Notes under the pieces: model-generated
Seen by the model: only the letters and a program-made list of their open reading frames with translations
Told to the model about the DNA's origin: nothing
Database searches by the model: none
IMG/VR virus record: IMGVR_UViG_3300025168_000098
Span: 1 to 58,141 of that record
DNA from: a virus
Lineage: Duplodnaviria > Caudoviricetes
Strand: one strand, 5' to 3'
DNA: 58,141 nt
Part shown: positions 19,196-29,936 of the stretch, in pieces
Numbering within the stretch: position 1 is the first letter of the stretch
How the letters are laid out: each line of letters begins with the position of its first letter
Made by a program: the position numbers and the translations under genes

Positions 19196-20325
19196 GCTAA
19201 TCTCTTCCTAATTTTTTCAATAATTTCCATCTGTTTCGATGTCATTTCTCGATTCAACATTGCCTTGATTATTATTGATTTTACAAAATCATTTTCCCAG
19301 CCATTCAATCTTGTTTTATCCCATCCCTGTATCTCTTCTGAAAGTGGTGTTGAAGGGAGATTATCAAGCCCCGTTTCTAAAGCATATCTAATTGCGATTT
19401 CTTGAAAGAATCTCTTGTAGCCTGAATCTAATCTTCCGACTCCTTGATTTTTAATTCTTTGAGCAACCCTAACGGACATTGTTTGTTCCCATAAACTTAG
19501 ATTATCAAGCGACCTAATCATCATCTGAAACCTCTTAGTTTGCTCTAACCATTCTTGTCTTTTATTAGCAATTTCTTGAGCCATTTTTCTCCTTCTTTCT
19601 TGGTGTTCTTCTGCAAGTATTCTCATCTTGTTTTGATGTTCTTGTTCTTGTTCAGAATACTTTTGATATTCTTCTTCTGCATAGCCAATGAACTCATCCC
19701 ATTGCCTACTTAATTTAGGGCTTGGATATCCATGAGAAATCAATCTTTTAACCATATTTCTATGAATAGATTTCCATAACTTTTTTCTCCAATCTGTTTT
19801 GTATAGAAATCTGTTGTTAGTCATCATATCTTCATACTTCTTCAAGTCAGACATTGCGGCTGGATATTTTTGGGTGAATGTAGTTCGGTTAAATTGATGC
19901 TTGGCTTCCTTCATATTTGTTTTGAGATAATCCTTCTTTTCTTCACCATCTAAAACTCGATTATCAACTGTGATTTCCACATACCTATATGCACAAACAT
20001 TTCCAACAATAATTTCTCTTTTTGATTCTTCATCGAGAAGAACACAATTTTCAACAATTGGTCTTTTACCACACAAAGAACAAGTATCTCGATGACCGTA
20101 GATTGACTTAGAATATTTCCAATCTTTTTTGAAATCGTTGTAAGGTCTGATTGTTCCATTATCTGCAACAATTCTTGATACCTTAGCAAGACTTTTTATT
20201 TGTCTTTTTTCAAGGCCACTAGCACCTTCTGCTAGTGCCGAATACAGTTCATCCGGCATATCCCCCTTAGCCTGTTTACGAATCCATCTACGGGCTTGCC
20301 TCACAACTATCGCATCTTCGACCAT
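19192..20325 (-). CDS. Hypothetical protein with Zn ribbon and coiled coil
   Basis: CSLCGKRPI...VGNVC; start MVED set by promoter spacing. Confidence 0.65.
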   Translation of the reverse strand: MVEDAIVVRQARRWIRKQAKGDMPDELYSALAEGASGLEKRQIKSLAKVSRIVADNGTIRPYNDFKKDWKYSKSIYGHRDTCSLCGKRPIVENCVLLDEESKREIIVGNVCAYRYVEITVDNRVLDGEEKKDYLKTNMKEAKHQFNRTTFTQKYPAAMSDLKKYEDMMTNNRFLYKTDWRKKLWKSIHRNMVKRLISHGYPSPKLSRQWDEFIGYAEEEYQKYSEQEQEHQNKMRILAEEHQERRRKMAQEIANKRQEWLEQTKRFQMMIRSLDNLSLWEQTMSVRVAQRIKNQGVGRLDSGYKRFFQEIAIRYALETGLDNLPSTPLSEEIQGWDKTRLNGWENDFVKSIIIKAMLNREMTSKQMEIIEKIRKRLA

Positions 20326-20389
20326 GAACAATCAGGATTAGCCCACCATTATGAAAGAATCACATGGCTGGCGTGGATAGAAAATACAA

Positions 20390-20456
20390 TTTTGATATCA
20401 AAAACCATTGATATTACCTAAACATTGATAAGGGGAATGCCGCCCTTGCTCATTAC
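20390..20456 (+). promoter_or_regulatory. 67-bp cassette promoter (copy 2 of 3)
   Basis: TTTTGATATCAAAAACCATTGAT...ATTGATAAGGGGAATGCC...GCTCATTAC-ATG. Confidence 0.75.
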
Positions 20457-21176
20457 ATGAGCAAGACGCAAGAGACACAAAAATCATTCAGGATTATGGA
20501 ATCCGTTTTAGTGGATGGATATAAAATGCCTATCGTTTTCTATAATCCTGAGAATATGTCAGCACCTTACACAACAAAGAATGTTGCAGAAAGTGTGTTC
20601 CAAACATTAACAACAGAAGGTGTTAGTAAAGTCGCATTAAACAAGTTCAGAATATCAATTGTATGTGCGAGTAAATCTACATATGACGAATGGGGTGTAG
20701 GTAAAGAAGCATATGTTCAAGAGACAGATTCAGATGCAAATGGATTTGCTACGGCTATCAATGTTCACGTTTATTTCGATGGCTCAGTTAAATCAGTTAT
20801 ATCCCTAGCACATGAGTTAATTCACGTTGCTCAATATGCTTCTAAGAGATTGAAGTCTGTATGGAACTCCAACAAAGCAGATTGGGTTTCCTCATTCAAA
20901 TTATCTGAAACTAATCAAATCCAAAAAGGAACACATTCTGAAATCCCATACAATCAAAGAGTTTGGGAATGGGAAGCATTCGCAAAGCAAACATACATTG
21001 CTTCTGACATTTACACAGCAATAACAGGATATGGTCTTAGCGGCCATGAATCACAAAACAGTTCTAACGCTTCTAGGAGAATAACTTCTCTCAAAATAGC
21101 GGCTGAATGGGGATGGGATGACCTGCCTTTGAAAATAGTTTGTGCAGTTGGAGATGCAAGAGTTTGCCGAGCATAA
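20457..21176 (+). CDS. Zinc metallopeptidase-like protein (HExxH)
   Basis: LAHELIHVAQY and downstream WEWEA. Confidence 0.75.
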   Translation: MSKTQETQKSFRIMESVLVDGYKMPIVFYNPENMSAPYTTKNVAESVFQTLTTEGVSKVALNKFRISIVCASKSTYDEWGVGKEAYVQETDSDANGFATAINVHVYFDGSVKSVISLAHELIHVAQYASKRLKSVWNSNKADWVSSFKLSETNQIQKGTHSEIPYNQRVWEWEAFAKQTYIASDIYTAITGYGLSGHESQNSSNASRRITSLKIAAEWGWDDLPLKIVCAVGDARVCRA

Positions 21177-21201
21177 ACGTGTTGAGGCCAACATCAAAGT
21201 T

Positions 21202-22941
21202 TTACTGAATATGTCGCTTCAACCAATTCGGAGTTTCACCGATTGAACCACGAAACCAATGTGGTAAAAGTCGAGCATTCATTCTAGCAAATCTAGCCCA
21301 TGAACCATCCAAGATAAATAAGTCTCCTTTGTCAGTTGGACTTCTGATTATTCGGCCAGCACCTTGCACTAATTTCAGACCTGTTTGGAGTTGATACCAA
21401 GCCTTGCAGGGGGCAGGGCAATTGAATGACCCGCACATACCGTTAGAATACTTTGTAGGCGGCTCGTAAGGACAGTCAAGAGTTCCTTCATACTTACTAC
21501 GCCAAGCGTGTTCATCTTCCTGTAATCGTTGCTCTATCACAGCATCTCCTTTGATTGGTAAATATGGAACTTTACAGATGACCAACCATTCTGCTAACTT
21601 GCCTTTGAAATCAAATCCTTGACCAACATATGTGCTAATCAAAACTAAACTTTTATCTTCGCTAGAAAAGAAATGTTTCAATGCAACATCTCTTGCTCTT
21701 GGATTAGAATCGTGAGTAATTATTCTATCACCATATCCGAGTTCTTTCAAACCATTGACAATCGCATTTCTGATGAAATGACTATGTGGTAAAACGACCC
21801 CTCTTCTCTCAGGGTATCTATCCATAATTCCAGCAATTGCTTTGACCTGTTTCAGAACAGATTTATCTCTCTTTGAATATGACATCGAACCACATGGGGC
21901 ATAATGTATTTTGAAGTTCTCAGGGGGGAATGGAGACTTGGTAATATTGACATAAAGATTCTTTTGATTTTCTAAACCAAGACCTGAGAGAAACGTATCA
22001 ACATCGAGAATTGTTGCTGAAAGAAAGATTCGTTTTTTGGAGACACGTTCTAGCATATCCGATGCTAACCTGTTGACACGAACAGGTCTTATTTTCAGAT
22101 ATCTTCCGTTCCGGTCAGATTCATTTTCGACAACTACTCGATTTGGTTCTTTTAGTAGTTCAAGAAGTGTCGTAGTTTTACCCAATAATTTTCGATATCT
22201 TTCTGTTGCTTTCTCATCTTCATTCTGTTCAGATATTTCTATTCCAGCCTGTGCCGCTTTGTGTAATTCTGTAATCGCTGGAATCCAATCTGCCGCATGA
22301 TAATGCATTGGAAAATTAGTTGTCGAGCCGTGAGCCAAAGACCAATCCCCAAGAGTAATTCTTGTTTCAAATAATCCTAAAAGAAATGATTCCATATCAT
22401 GTGCTTCATCAACAATCGTAAACTCTCTTTGACCGAAGTTCTTGTCTCCTTGAATCAGTCTGAAAAGATATGCTGGATTCGACAAAACCAATCTTGAGTT
22501 TGCGGCCTCAAACTTCTGCTCATAATACGGGCATGGGTCATCCTCTTTTGTGTGAGGACATGAACGCTTTGCACCATAGCAAGGTGCGGAATCTGCTGTG
22601 CCTTCTCTAACCCAACATGGAAAATTATTTCTTCCTTTTATTTCTTTCAAAGATGAACCATAATCTCTCTTGTATTGTTCAGTCAGTCCGAGACTTGGTG
22701 CAAGTAGATATGCGGATTGAAACCACTTCTGTAAAGTCATAGCAATTGCTGACTTCCCAATACCTGTTGGTGCTTGGATAATTATGTTATCAAAATCATC
22801 ATTATCCAAAGCCCATTTAATTACAGATAATGCTTCGGCCTGATATGTTCTTGGAGAAGGCATTGGGAAGTCAGGTTGAATATCTTCCCAAAGGTCAGGA
22901 AGTCTGTTTTTTGAGGGGATGTTGATTTTGACTACGGCCAT
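21202..22941 (-). CDS. XPD/Rad3/DinG-family SF2 helicase
   Basis: APTGIGKS, KGRNNFPC Fe-S region, DEAH, LSAT, QGFDF, QGAGRIIR; start MAVVK set by promoter spacing. Confidence 0.9.
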   Translation of the reverse strand: MAVVKINIPSKNRLPDLWEDIQPDFPMPSPRTYQAEALSVIKWALDNDDFDNIIIQAPTGIGKSAIAMTLQKWFQSAYLLAPSLGLTEQYKRDYGSSLKEIKGRNNFPCWVREGTADSAPCYGAKRSCPHTKEDDPCPYYEQKFEAANSRLVLSNPAYLFRLIQGDKNFGQREFTIVDEAHDMESFLLGLFETRITLGDWSLAHGSTTNFPMHYHAADWIPAITELHKAAQAGIEISEQNEDEKATERYRKLLGKTTTLLELLKEPNRVVVENESDRNGRYLKIRPVRVNRLASDMLERVSKKRIFLSATILDVDTFLSGLGLENQKNLYVNITKSPFPPENFKIHYAPCGSMSYSKRDKSVLKQVKAIAGIMDRYPERRGVVLPHSHFIRNAIVNGLKELGYGDRIITHDSNPRARDVALKHFFSSEDKSLVLISTYVGQGFDFKGKLAEWLVICKVPYLPIKGDAVIEQRLQEDEHAWRSKYEGTLDCPYEPPTKYSNGMCGSFNCPAPCKAWYQLQTGLKLVQGAGRIIRSPTDKGDLFILDGSWARFARMNARLLPHWFRGSIGETPNWLKRHIQ

Positions 22942-23081
22942 GACAACTGATTTTACCCCCACCGATATGAATGCAAGCATTCTAAGGGATTCTTTTCATC
23001 AACAGGTTAAATCATACCACCCGAAAAAAAGACGGGCTTAAAAGACCACTATTTTGATATTCGTAATAGTCATATTTGTAA

Positions 23082-24188
23082 TCAAATACTTTGACCTGCC
23101 GCAAATCTGATAGATGTAATGAAATCAGGGGCTTGACGGCCAACTGTCAAAGTCATATCACAACCATCCGTAGTCATGTTCCAAGTTACATCGAAAACCA
23201 TTTGTTTTCCAGCAAGCCCACCTTCGATAGATTTGAACTCAATTATATCACCAGCAATTATGTCTAATCTGTTTGGAATTGCTTCGACAATCCATCTTGA
23301 TTTATCTATACCCTGTTGGTTTAGAATCTGACGTGCAAACAACCTTGCAGAAACTTCGTCAGTAACCATAGTTTCTTGAAACAATCTTTGGATTGGTGAT
23401 GTTGGTAAAGTTTGGGGTTCTGTTACTAAAATATCTAAACCACTATTCTGAACTGAAACAACATTAATCAAATCAGAATCATCCTCTTCTCTAACTATCG
23501 CAGTTGGCATGATATCCAAAGGTGCATTAGTTCTTGGTAAGCGACCAGCGATATACGGAACGTGAGTTGTGTCATCGAGAGATGCAAGGCTGTTGAACTC
23601 AACACGTCTTTCTGAAAGGCTGGAAGATAATCTGAAAAGATTTGGAGTTGAATTAATCAAAGATAATACTGATTGCATTCCTGATAATCTAGTCTTACCT
23701 TTCAGATTCAAATTACTTGGAATGATTACTCTTGTTTCGCCCATCATTTTTTCAAGACTTGTTAGTAAACTGTATGAACTTCCTGATACAATTTCTTTCA
23801 GAACAGAAGCACCATCTGAACGTGTTGATATAGACAATGGATTTGTCAACATAATTTCATTTGTCAATACTCCTAATGTATCGTAAGCAAGAACTGAATA
23901 TGTAGAATTAGAAGTTTCTATATCTGCTACGATTCCGCAGAAAACAAATGGTTTTGAAACACTTCCTGAAACCCATTTATTCGGAGTTGCTTTGACAGTT
24001 AATCTATCGCCTCTTGAAATTGTAAATGCTCTTTTTCCTCTTACGTTAGATAGAACAATTTGACAACTAGATGAAGCATTTAGTTTGTGTTTGACTTTGA
24101 TGCTGATTACGCCCGTTACAGTAACGGTTTGCCACGCTTCTGCCGTAGGGTTGTAATGTTCCACCAACAAGTCAAAGAAGTCGCTCAT
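23082..24188 (-). CDS. Tail tip/baseplate hub protein (gp27/Tal-like)
   Basis: Beta-rich 368 aa with GDRL, VFCGIV, AYD and IAGDII patterns of hub proteins; downstream of tail genes. Confidence 0.6.
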   Translation of the reverse strand: MSDFFDLLVEHYNPTAEAWQTVTVTGVISIKVKHKLNASSSCQIVLSNVRGKRAFTISRGDRLTVKATPNKWVSGSVSKPFVFCGIVADIETSNSTYSVLAYDTLGVLTNEIMLTNPLSISTRSDGASVLKEIVSGSSYSLLTSLEKMMGETRVIIPSNLNLKGKTRLSGMQSVLSLINSTPNLFRLSSSLSERRVEFNSLASLDDTTHVPYIAGRLPRTNAPLDIMPTAIVREEDDSDLINVVSVQNSGLDILVTEPQTLPTSPIQRLFQETMVTDEVSARLFARQILNQQGIDKSRWIVEAIPNRLDIIAGDIIEFKSIEGGLAGKQMVFDVTWNMTTDGCDMTLTVGRQAPDFITSIRFAAGQSI

Positions 24189-24237
24189 ATAGCCTCTAAC
24201 GGGCAAACGTGGTTCAATAGAATATCTATCGGATTTG

Positions 24238-24287
24238 AAAATAAAAAAAAGGGAGAAGCCCGAAGGCTTCCCCCTAATTTGGTTAGG
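24238..24287 (-). terminator. cUUCGg hairpin terminator
   Basis: Minus strand CCTAACCAAATTA-GGGGGAAGCC-TTCG-GGCTTCTCCC-TTTTTTTTATTTT. Confidence 0.85.
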
Positions 24288-24298
24288 TAATTATTTAC

Positions 24299-24586
24299 TC
24301 AGAATGGACTCCAAAAAGTTCCAGTTTGGTCAAACCAAAAGTAAAGGTAAGCAAGTTTTCTGTCTGCGTGGTAGGCCGTGTTCATCTCGTTCTCAGGGAA
24401 TCCAGCCCATTCGTTGCCGCATGACCAATTCTCACTCAACCATTCTCTAACATCCTTTACTGTCGTTGGTCGCTTTGGTTGGTTGTAGCCAACATAGGTT
24501 AAGTTGTAGCCTTGCACCCAAAGCCTTCTTCCTTCTGTTTGTAGTATTCGTGTGTATCTTAAATGTTCCTTTTCTGTTTCATTCAT
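24299..24586 (-). CDS. Hypothetical protein (accessory cassette)
   Basis: GGAGATGA SD; followed by the terminator. Confidence 0.65.
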   Translation of the reverse strand: MNETEKEHLRYTRILQTEGRRLWVQGYNLTYVGYNQPKRPTTVKDVREWLSENWSCGNEWAGFPENEMNTAYHADRKLAYLYFWFDQTGTFWSPF

Positions 24587-24625
24587 TTCATTCATCTCCT
24601 TTTTTCATTTCCTTCATTCATTTAT

Positions 24626-24712
24626 TCAATACTCAAAAGTTACCTGTTCTCCTTCATACCAAAGGTTTCCATTTTCATCTTCATATACTCCATTTATGTC
24701 AGTTGTTGTCAT
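24626..24712 (-). CDS. 28-aa acidic microprotein
   Basis: MTTTDINGVYEDENGNLWYEGEQVTFEY; same GGAGATGAATGAA-ATG SD context as the next gene. Confidence 0.5.
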   Translation of the reverse strand: MTTTDINGVYEDENGNLWYEGEQVTFEY

Positions 24713-24800
24713 TTCATTCATCTCCATTGCGTGTTTTCGCAATCAATCCGAAGGGGCATGAGTATATCAATATAACTTATCTGACTATTCTTATAGAATA

Positions 24801-25232
24801 TCAGGCAAACTTTTCTGTAAATGTTTTGACATTACTCACAGAAGAGATAATTGCTTCACGAAATATTTTACTGAAATCTCTTCTATCACTTTCATCATAT
24901 CGAAGAATAATGTTTGGTAATTCGACTTTAGAATCTCTATGACATCCATGTTTTTTTGATTGACCTACTAATGTATTCATTAGATTATCTTCTTCTTTAC
25001 TAACTATTTCGTTTAGGGTTTCACGATTTTTAGGTGATTGTGAATGCATAATCAATTCTGCAAATGCTAGATTTCCTATTTGTTCAACAGAAGGTATTGG
25101 TAAATCACCTAAAGTTTTTCCTACTTCTGCAAGTTTTTCAGCAGTAATTTGTAAAGTAAATTGAACGTGGTATCTCATCACATCTAATTTTATATCGTTA
25201 TACATTTCATCGTCTATGCCGTCTTTTCTCAT
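24801..25232 (-). CDS. Hypothetical protein
   Basis: Start MRKDG lies 17 nt from a GGTGGG promoter. Confidence 0.65.
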   Translation of the reverse strand: MRKDGIDDEMYNDIKLDVMRYHVQFTLQITAEKLAEVGKTLGDLPIPSVEQIGNLAFAELIMHSQSPKNRETLNEIVSKEEDNLMNTLVGQSKKHGCHRDSKVELPNIILRYDESDRRDFSKIFREAIISSVSNVKTFTEKFA

Positions 25233-25274
25233 GCTACTACCTTTTTTTCCCACCTATATCAATGATTTGTTTTA

Positions 25275-28200
25275 TCAAGATGCTATTTTGAAGGTTGCTG
25301 AGTATGGAGTTTCACCGTGTCGGCCACCTTCTCTTTCATAATCGAAATCAACCATTCTTCCTGTGAATCTTTGAACCGAAGATTGACCAGCCCAATTCGT
25401 AGTTTCCCATTCGATATACAATAATGTTCCAGCAGAAATGTATGTCTCCATTTGTAAGATATCAACTGTCGCTGTCGCTTTCAAGAATGAACCTGTTAGG
25501 GTAAATGTTTCATCTCTAGTTCCCATATCTGTAACGTCAGGATATTCAGAATCTAAGACTGAAACCGAAGTTAAGTTTGCACTTCTCTTTGCACTAAATC
25601 CACTTGGTCTTGTGTTCAAATTACCGAACAAATTAACTGCTACATTTGTCGGTAAAACTTTGTAAACAACAGTTGCAGTTGTAGATATATTGACAGGATT
25701 TTGATTATCTTTAACTCTAAGTGTTGCCGCATATTCACCAGCAGGGAGATTAGTAATTTGTAAGGTTGAACCTGATTGAGATACATCACTTGCACCACTT
25801 ACTCCACTATTGAAAATATATGATACAATATTGATTCCTGATGTTGTTGAAACTAAGTAAGAACTAGATGCATCGAGAGTAATATCTTGACCTGCATAAA
25901 TTAGTGCTGGACTTGCTCTAAGAACACCAACAGGAAGTCCTTCTGCAACTACTACTGAGACAACAGCAGAAGCATTAGATTCATTGCCCTTATCGTCTTT
26001 GACATATGCCTTTGCAGACTTTGTTCCCGCACCTGTATATACATGAGAGACATCGTAAATTGTTGATGTCAAAGTTTGGTCTGCAACATCTATCCATCCA
26101 CTTTCAGAACCATCTCCAAAATCTATTTTTACAGATGATATTTTTCTATCTGAATCAGTAGTCGAAGCATTAATTCTGAAAGAAACTATATTTCCTATTT
26201 TTGTGTTTATTGGTGAAGTTGTATCTCCATTGAATGTGTTGCCTGTGCAAATCAATTCCGCAGTAGGTTTGATGTCATAATTAATTGACCAATTTCTGAC
26301 AATCGGAATCTTGTTCCAATCAATCGGATGATATTCAGTTTGAGTATTATCAGGAATGTAAAAATTGAATCTGATTACGAAACCATTAGCCAATGCCGTT
26401 GCTGGAAGGTTTGACAAATCCACAGTTCCGAACCCACCTAAGATGTTGAGGTCAACATTATCATATCCTGAAATCACAGTCGAAGCCTCAGTTTGAATCC
26501 CATTTTGTGTTGATGTTGGTGGCTCAAGCAAAGTTGCTGTGATATTCATCCCTTTACTCGTATCTATGTTGTTGACTTCAACATCCAATGTATTGTATCT
26601 CGCAACTCCTGAGATTTGTTGTTTCATCGAATCAACTGTAAATGGTAACATCGGTTTTGTTGGAATCTGACGGAGAGTGATTTCGTCAATTTGTAAATCG
26701 GATTGACTCATGCTCATATTGGGTCTTTGGTTGAATGCAACTCCACCTTGATTATTCACAATAGTTCCAGCACCAAGAGCAATTGAATCACCAATTTTTA
26801 TTGTCATTCCCCATACTGCATTTGCTGAGTTTATGTCTATTCCCTGTGATACTCCATCAAGAATATATTCCATTCCACCTTCGGTAAATACTGTTCTAAT
26901 AATATGACTTCCTTCGACTAAGGTTTTTGGTGTTCCATATCCATATCCATTACCAAGATTTCCCCATCCATTATTCCCACCAATTGCTGTTCCTGATGCA
27001 CCCATATTTGGGAAAACATCAGGCAATGAATTAGTCCAATTAGCAGTAAAGAAATCTGTTCCTGTTCCCCAAGTCCATATCGCAGGTCTATTGACTGTGT
27101 ATGATGGGTTATTACCTGCTTGACCATATAATTTTGTAGTGTTCTGACTAGCCAAAACTTGAACACCATTATTGACTGTTGTATTTCCATTCCAAACCGA
27201 ATAGAAACCATGACCATGAAGGAAATTGTTTGTTCCACCATGAGTCATCATAGAATGTCGCCCTGTTTTTCCGTAAGAAACTCCATTGTCAAACTCTATC
27301 ATAACCATTCTATTTTTCTGAACAGGAATGAATGCTTTTATTTGCATATCAAGCCATATTGCTGAACAACCAATTTCAGTTAAACCTATTTTATTTGATT
27401 CTTGTCTCGACATTAATTTGTCTGTTGCCGCACCCACGTTCCACCCCTTAGTGCTTGCATCCTCAAATAGAGATGGAGAATATGCTGTTCTAGTTCCAAC
27501 TCTTGCCTGTGCTGGGTATGGTCTGTTTCTTCCATAAGCCCAGCCGTTAGGCTTGGTAAAATCCCATCCATGACGGCCATTGAAAGAATCAATATAAGAC
27601 CAAAATGGAACATTAATTCCTCTAAAACTCCATCTTGCATTTGGTGAACCATTTAGTGTATGTGCAGTATTTACAAAACCTACATCGGGAGTTGGCACAA
27701 AACTACCTGTCGAAACAGACCCCGAAGATGAATAATAAAACTTGGCTAAATCCCAACCTATCGGTGGGGGTATTCTTAGAACTCCACCACCCACACTTGA
27801 CATTGTTGGTGCAGTAGCAAATGTATCATCTGTATCAGCCCGTATTGAGATGCTTCTAGCCACGAAATTAGTGGAGTCAGTATAGACACCTTCTGCATCG
27901 GGTTGTTGAGCCTTGTATAGTGTTGGTCGGGCTGGATATGTAGAGTCTGTTGAAGCACCGCTTGGAGATGTTGAATCAGGTTGTGAAAGACCTGCTACGA
28001 AACCTGTTGATGTTCCTTGAACTAAGTTTTCTGTTCTCCACGATTCTGTGATTCCATACAGATTCAATCCGTTAGAACCGGATTGCATTTCTGCACCACC
28101 CATTCTTCCTTGACAAGCATATCCTGATGTTGCATATATTGCCTGACCACTTCCGCCAAAGATACCATGCCCTACTCTTATTGTTAATGTTTGATATGTT

Positions 28201-29936
28201 GTTCGACCTAAAATTGAGACTCCATTAACAACAACATCTGATACCGAATCGAGAATCCACCATCCATTATGATTTAGGTCATTTCCATTGTTAGTTCCCG
28301 AACCTGCATTTTGCCAACCATCCTCATCTAATGCACTCCATCTTGTATCAGGATTGTTTGTTGCTGTTCCTAATTTACCACCAATTCCTGTCATATAAAC
28401 GGGCATACCATGAGCCCCAACAAAATAATGAGAAGTTGTAGATTCAAGATAAACTGTTAATGTTCCATTTGCTGATTTGGTGATTCCAAATATTTCGACC
28501 CTGACAGGATTTGGCCTGACTAAAAATTGTCTAGGATTTACTATGTCAGTTGTTGTTGCTGGAATCGGCTGGGATGCAACAATCAAAGGCCAATTTGTAT
28601 GCTCTAATTCGTTTACTGACATATCATAATTATTACCTTGAGAAGCCGGACAAAATGGTGGCTGAACAAAGTCAAACATTGGGTAAATCTGAGCATCACA
28701 ATCATGTGCTACGGGTTGAGAATTACCATATCCATTTTTACCATCCCAAACTGCATACAATGTCGAAGAATTGACACCGCCAATTGTTCTTTCTGAATCG
28801 TAAATATATGGAATTATTGTTCCACCATCATTGAGTGTATAAGTTCCATCTTTTAGAAAACAAGCAAGAGCCATTCTCATTCTGTATTTTGGATTAATTG
28901 CCGCCGCAGAATCTAAAGAAGTATCTGCATTTGAATACCCCATTGTTTGTTGTTTTGTTCCACCAACTGACTTGACTGTGTGTGCTGTTGAATTGGCTGT
29001 AAATGTTTCATTTTTGTATAATGACCAAGCACCAACTGCACCTGTTAAATGGTCGCCTGAATATCCCACTTCTTTGTATTTCACACCATCCGAGCCTGTT
29101 GGTTTTGAATTGTATCTTGTTATGCCTTGAAGTTCATATCCATAGAACTTGGCATCCCTATTATTTCTTGGTAAAGAAAACCCAACAGAAGCATTTGGTA
29201 TTCTTTTGTCAAATTGATTATTATCTAACATCATAGGCATGAAAACGGTTGCTCTAACTTTGTGTTGATTTCCATATAAATCTGATACTTTATTTAGACC
29301 CGAAGAACTTAATCTTGGGTCTGCATTCATCAATGGATTTACTGCTGAACTTGCTACACTTCTTCCAATCAAACCATGTGGTAGGAATGCTGGTTTTGTT
29401 CCATCTTTACTTGGTGTTCCTATATGCCTGTAAGTATCTAACATTTCAGCAAACTCTTGAACTGTCATAAATACCATCGAAGGAGTATGGTCTAATTCTG
29501 CTAATGGTGAACCTGCTTTATTCAGACTTCCAGCCTGAGAACTGACACCATATAATGCGGCGTTTCCAGCCGCAGTATTAGGGGCTGATGGGGCTATCAA
29601 CATAAAGTTGTAAGAAGCGATTCCACCGTAGTTGATTTCTACAAGTGGTGTATGTGTTCCTGAACCTGAGATTGTAAGGGTGTAAGTTCCTGATGTTGTA
29701 GTGCCGTCATCATCAATGACTTCGACTCTTACGCCAGCAGTATTTGACTCATCATTTAGACCACCTTCATCGGCTGGTGTTTTACTTCCAAAATTAGTTT
29801 TGAAAAGAACGGGGTCAACTGAGATTCCGCCTAATCCATCATTCTTGATATAGACAGGAAACCATCTTTGTAATTCTACTAATCCGTTACCCATTCTTGA
29901 AAATGGTTTTGTTATATCTTGTTTGATTGTAGCCAT
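25275..29936 (-). CDS. Large tail protein: beta-rich adhesin region, PKD/Ig domains and C-terminal Dit/tube-like domain
   Basis: 1553 aa directly after the tape measure gene; IDFGDGS...SHVYTGAG and ITLDASSS PKD motifs. Confidence 0.75.
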   Translation of the reverse strand: MATIKQDITKPFSRMGNGLVELQRWFPVYIKNDGLGGISVDPVLFKTNFGSKTPADEGGLNDESNTAGVRVEVIDDDGTTTSGTYTLTISGSGTHTPLVEINYGGIASYNFMLIAPSAPNTAAGNAALYGVSSQAGSLNKAGSPLAELDHTPSMVFMTVQEFAEMLDTYRHIGTPSKDGTKPAFLPHGLIGRSVASSAVNPLMNADPRLSSSGLNKVSDLYGNQHKVRATVFMPMMLDNNQFDKRIPNASVGFSLPRNNRDAKFYGYELQGITRYNSKPTGSDGVKYKEVGYSGDHLTGAVGAWSLYKNETFTANSTAHTVKSVGGTKQQTMGYSNADTSLDSAAAINPKYRMRMALACFLKDGTYTLNDGGTIIPYIYDSERTIGGVNSSTLYAVWDGKNGYGNSQPVAHDCDAQIYPMFDFVQPPFCPASQGNNYDMSVNELEHTNWPLIVASQPIPATTTDIVNPRQFLVRPNPVRVEIFGITKSANGTLTVYLESTTSHYFVGAHGMPVYMTGIGGKLGTATNNPDTRWSALDEDGWQNAGSGTNNGNDLNHNGWWILDSVSDVVVNGVSILGRTTYQTLTIRVGHGIFGGSGQAIYATSGYACQGRMGGAEMQSGSNGLNLYGITESWRTENLVQGTSTGFVAGLSQPDSTSPSGASTDSTYPARPTLYKAQQPDAEGVYTDSTNFVARSISIRADTDDTFATAPTMSSVGGGVLRIPPPIGWDLAKFYYSSSGSVSTGSFVPTPDVGFVNTAHTLNGSPNARWSFRGINVPFWSYIDSFNGRHGWDFTKPNGWAYGRNRPYPAQARVGTRTAYSPSLFEDASTKGWNVGAATDKLMSRQESNKIGLTEIGCSAIWLDMQIKAFIPVQKNRMVMIEFDNGVSYGKTGRHSMMTHGGTNNFLHGHGFYSVWNGNTTVNNGVQVLASQNTTKLYGQAGNNPSYTVNRPAIWTWGTGTDFFTANWTNSLPDVFPNMGASGTAIGGNNGWGNLGNGYGYGTPKTLVEGSHIIRTVFTEGGMEYILDGVSQGIDINSANAVWGMTIKIGDSIALGAGTIVNNQGGVAFNQRPNMSMSQSDLQIDEITLRQIPTKPMLPFTVDSMKQQISGVARYNTLDVEVNNIDTSKGMNITATLLEPPTSTQNGIQTEASTVISGYDNVDLNILGGFGTVDLSNLPATALANGFVIRFNFYIPDNTQTEYHPIDWNKIPIVRNWSINYDIKPTAELICTGNTFNGDTTSPINTKIGNIVSFRINASTTDSDRKISSVKIDFGDGSESGWIDVADQTLTSTIYDVSHVYTGAGTKSAKAYVKDDKGNESNASAVVSVVVAEGLPVGVLRASPALIYAGQDITLDASSSYLVSTTSGINIVSYIFNSGVSGASDVSQSGSTLQITNLPAGEYAATLRVKDNQNPVNISTTATVVYKVLPTNVAVNLFGNLNTRPSGFSAKRSANLTSVSVLDSEYPDVTDMGTRDETFTLTGSFLKATATVDILQMETYISAGTLLYIEWETTNWAGQSSVQRFTGRMVDFDYEREGGRHGETPYSATFKIAS

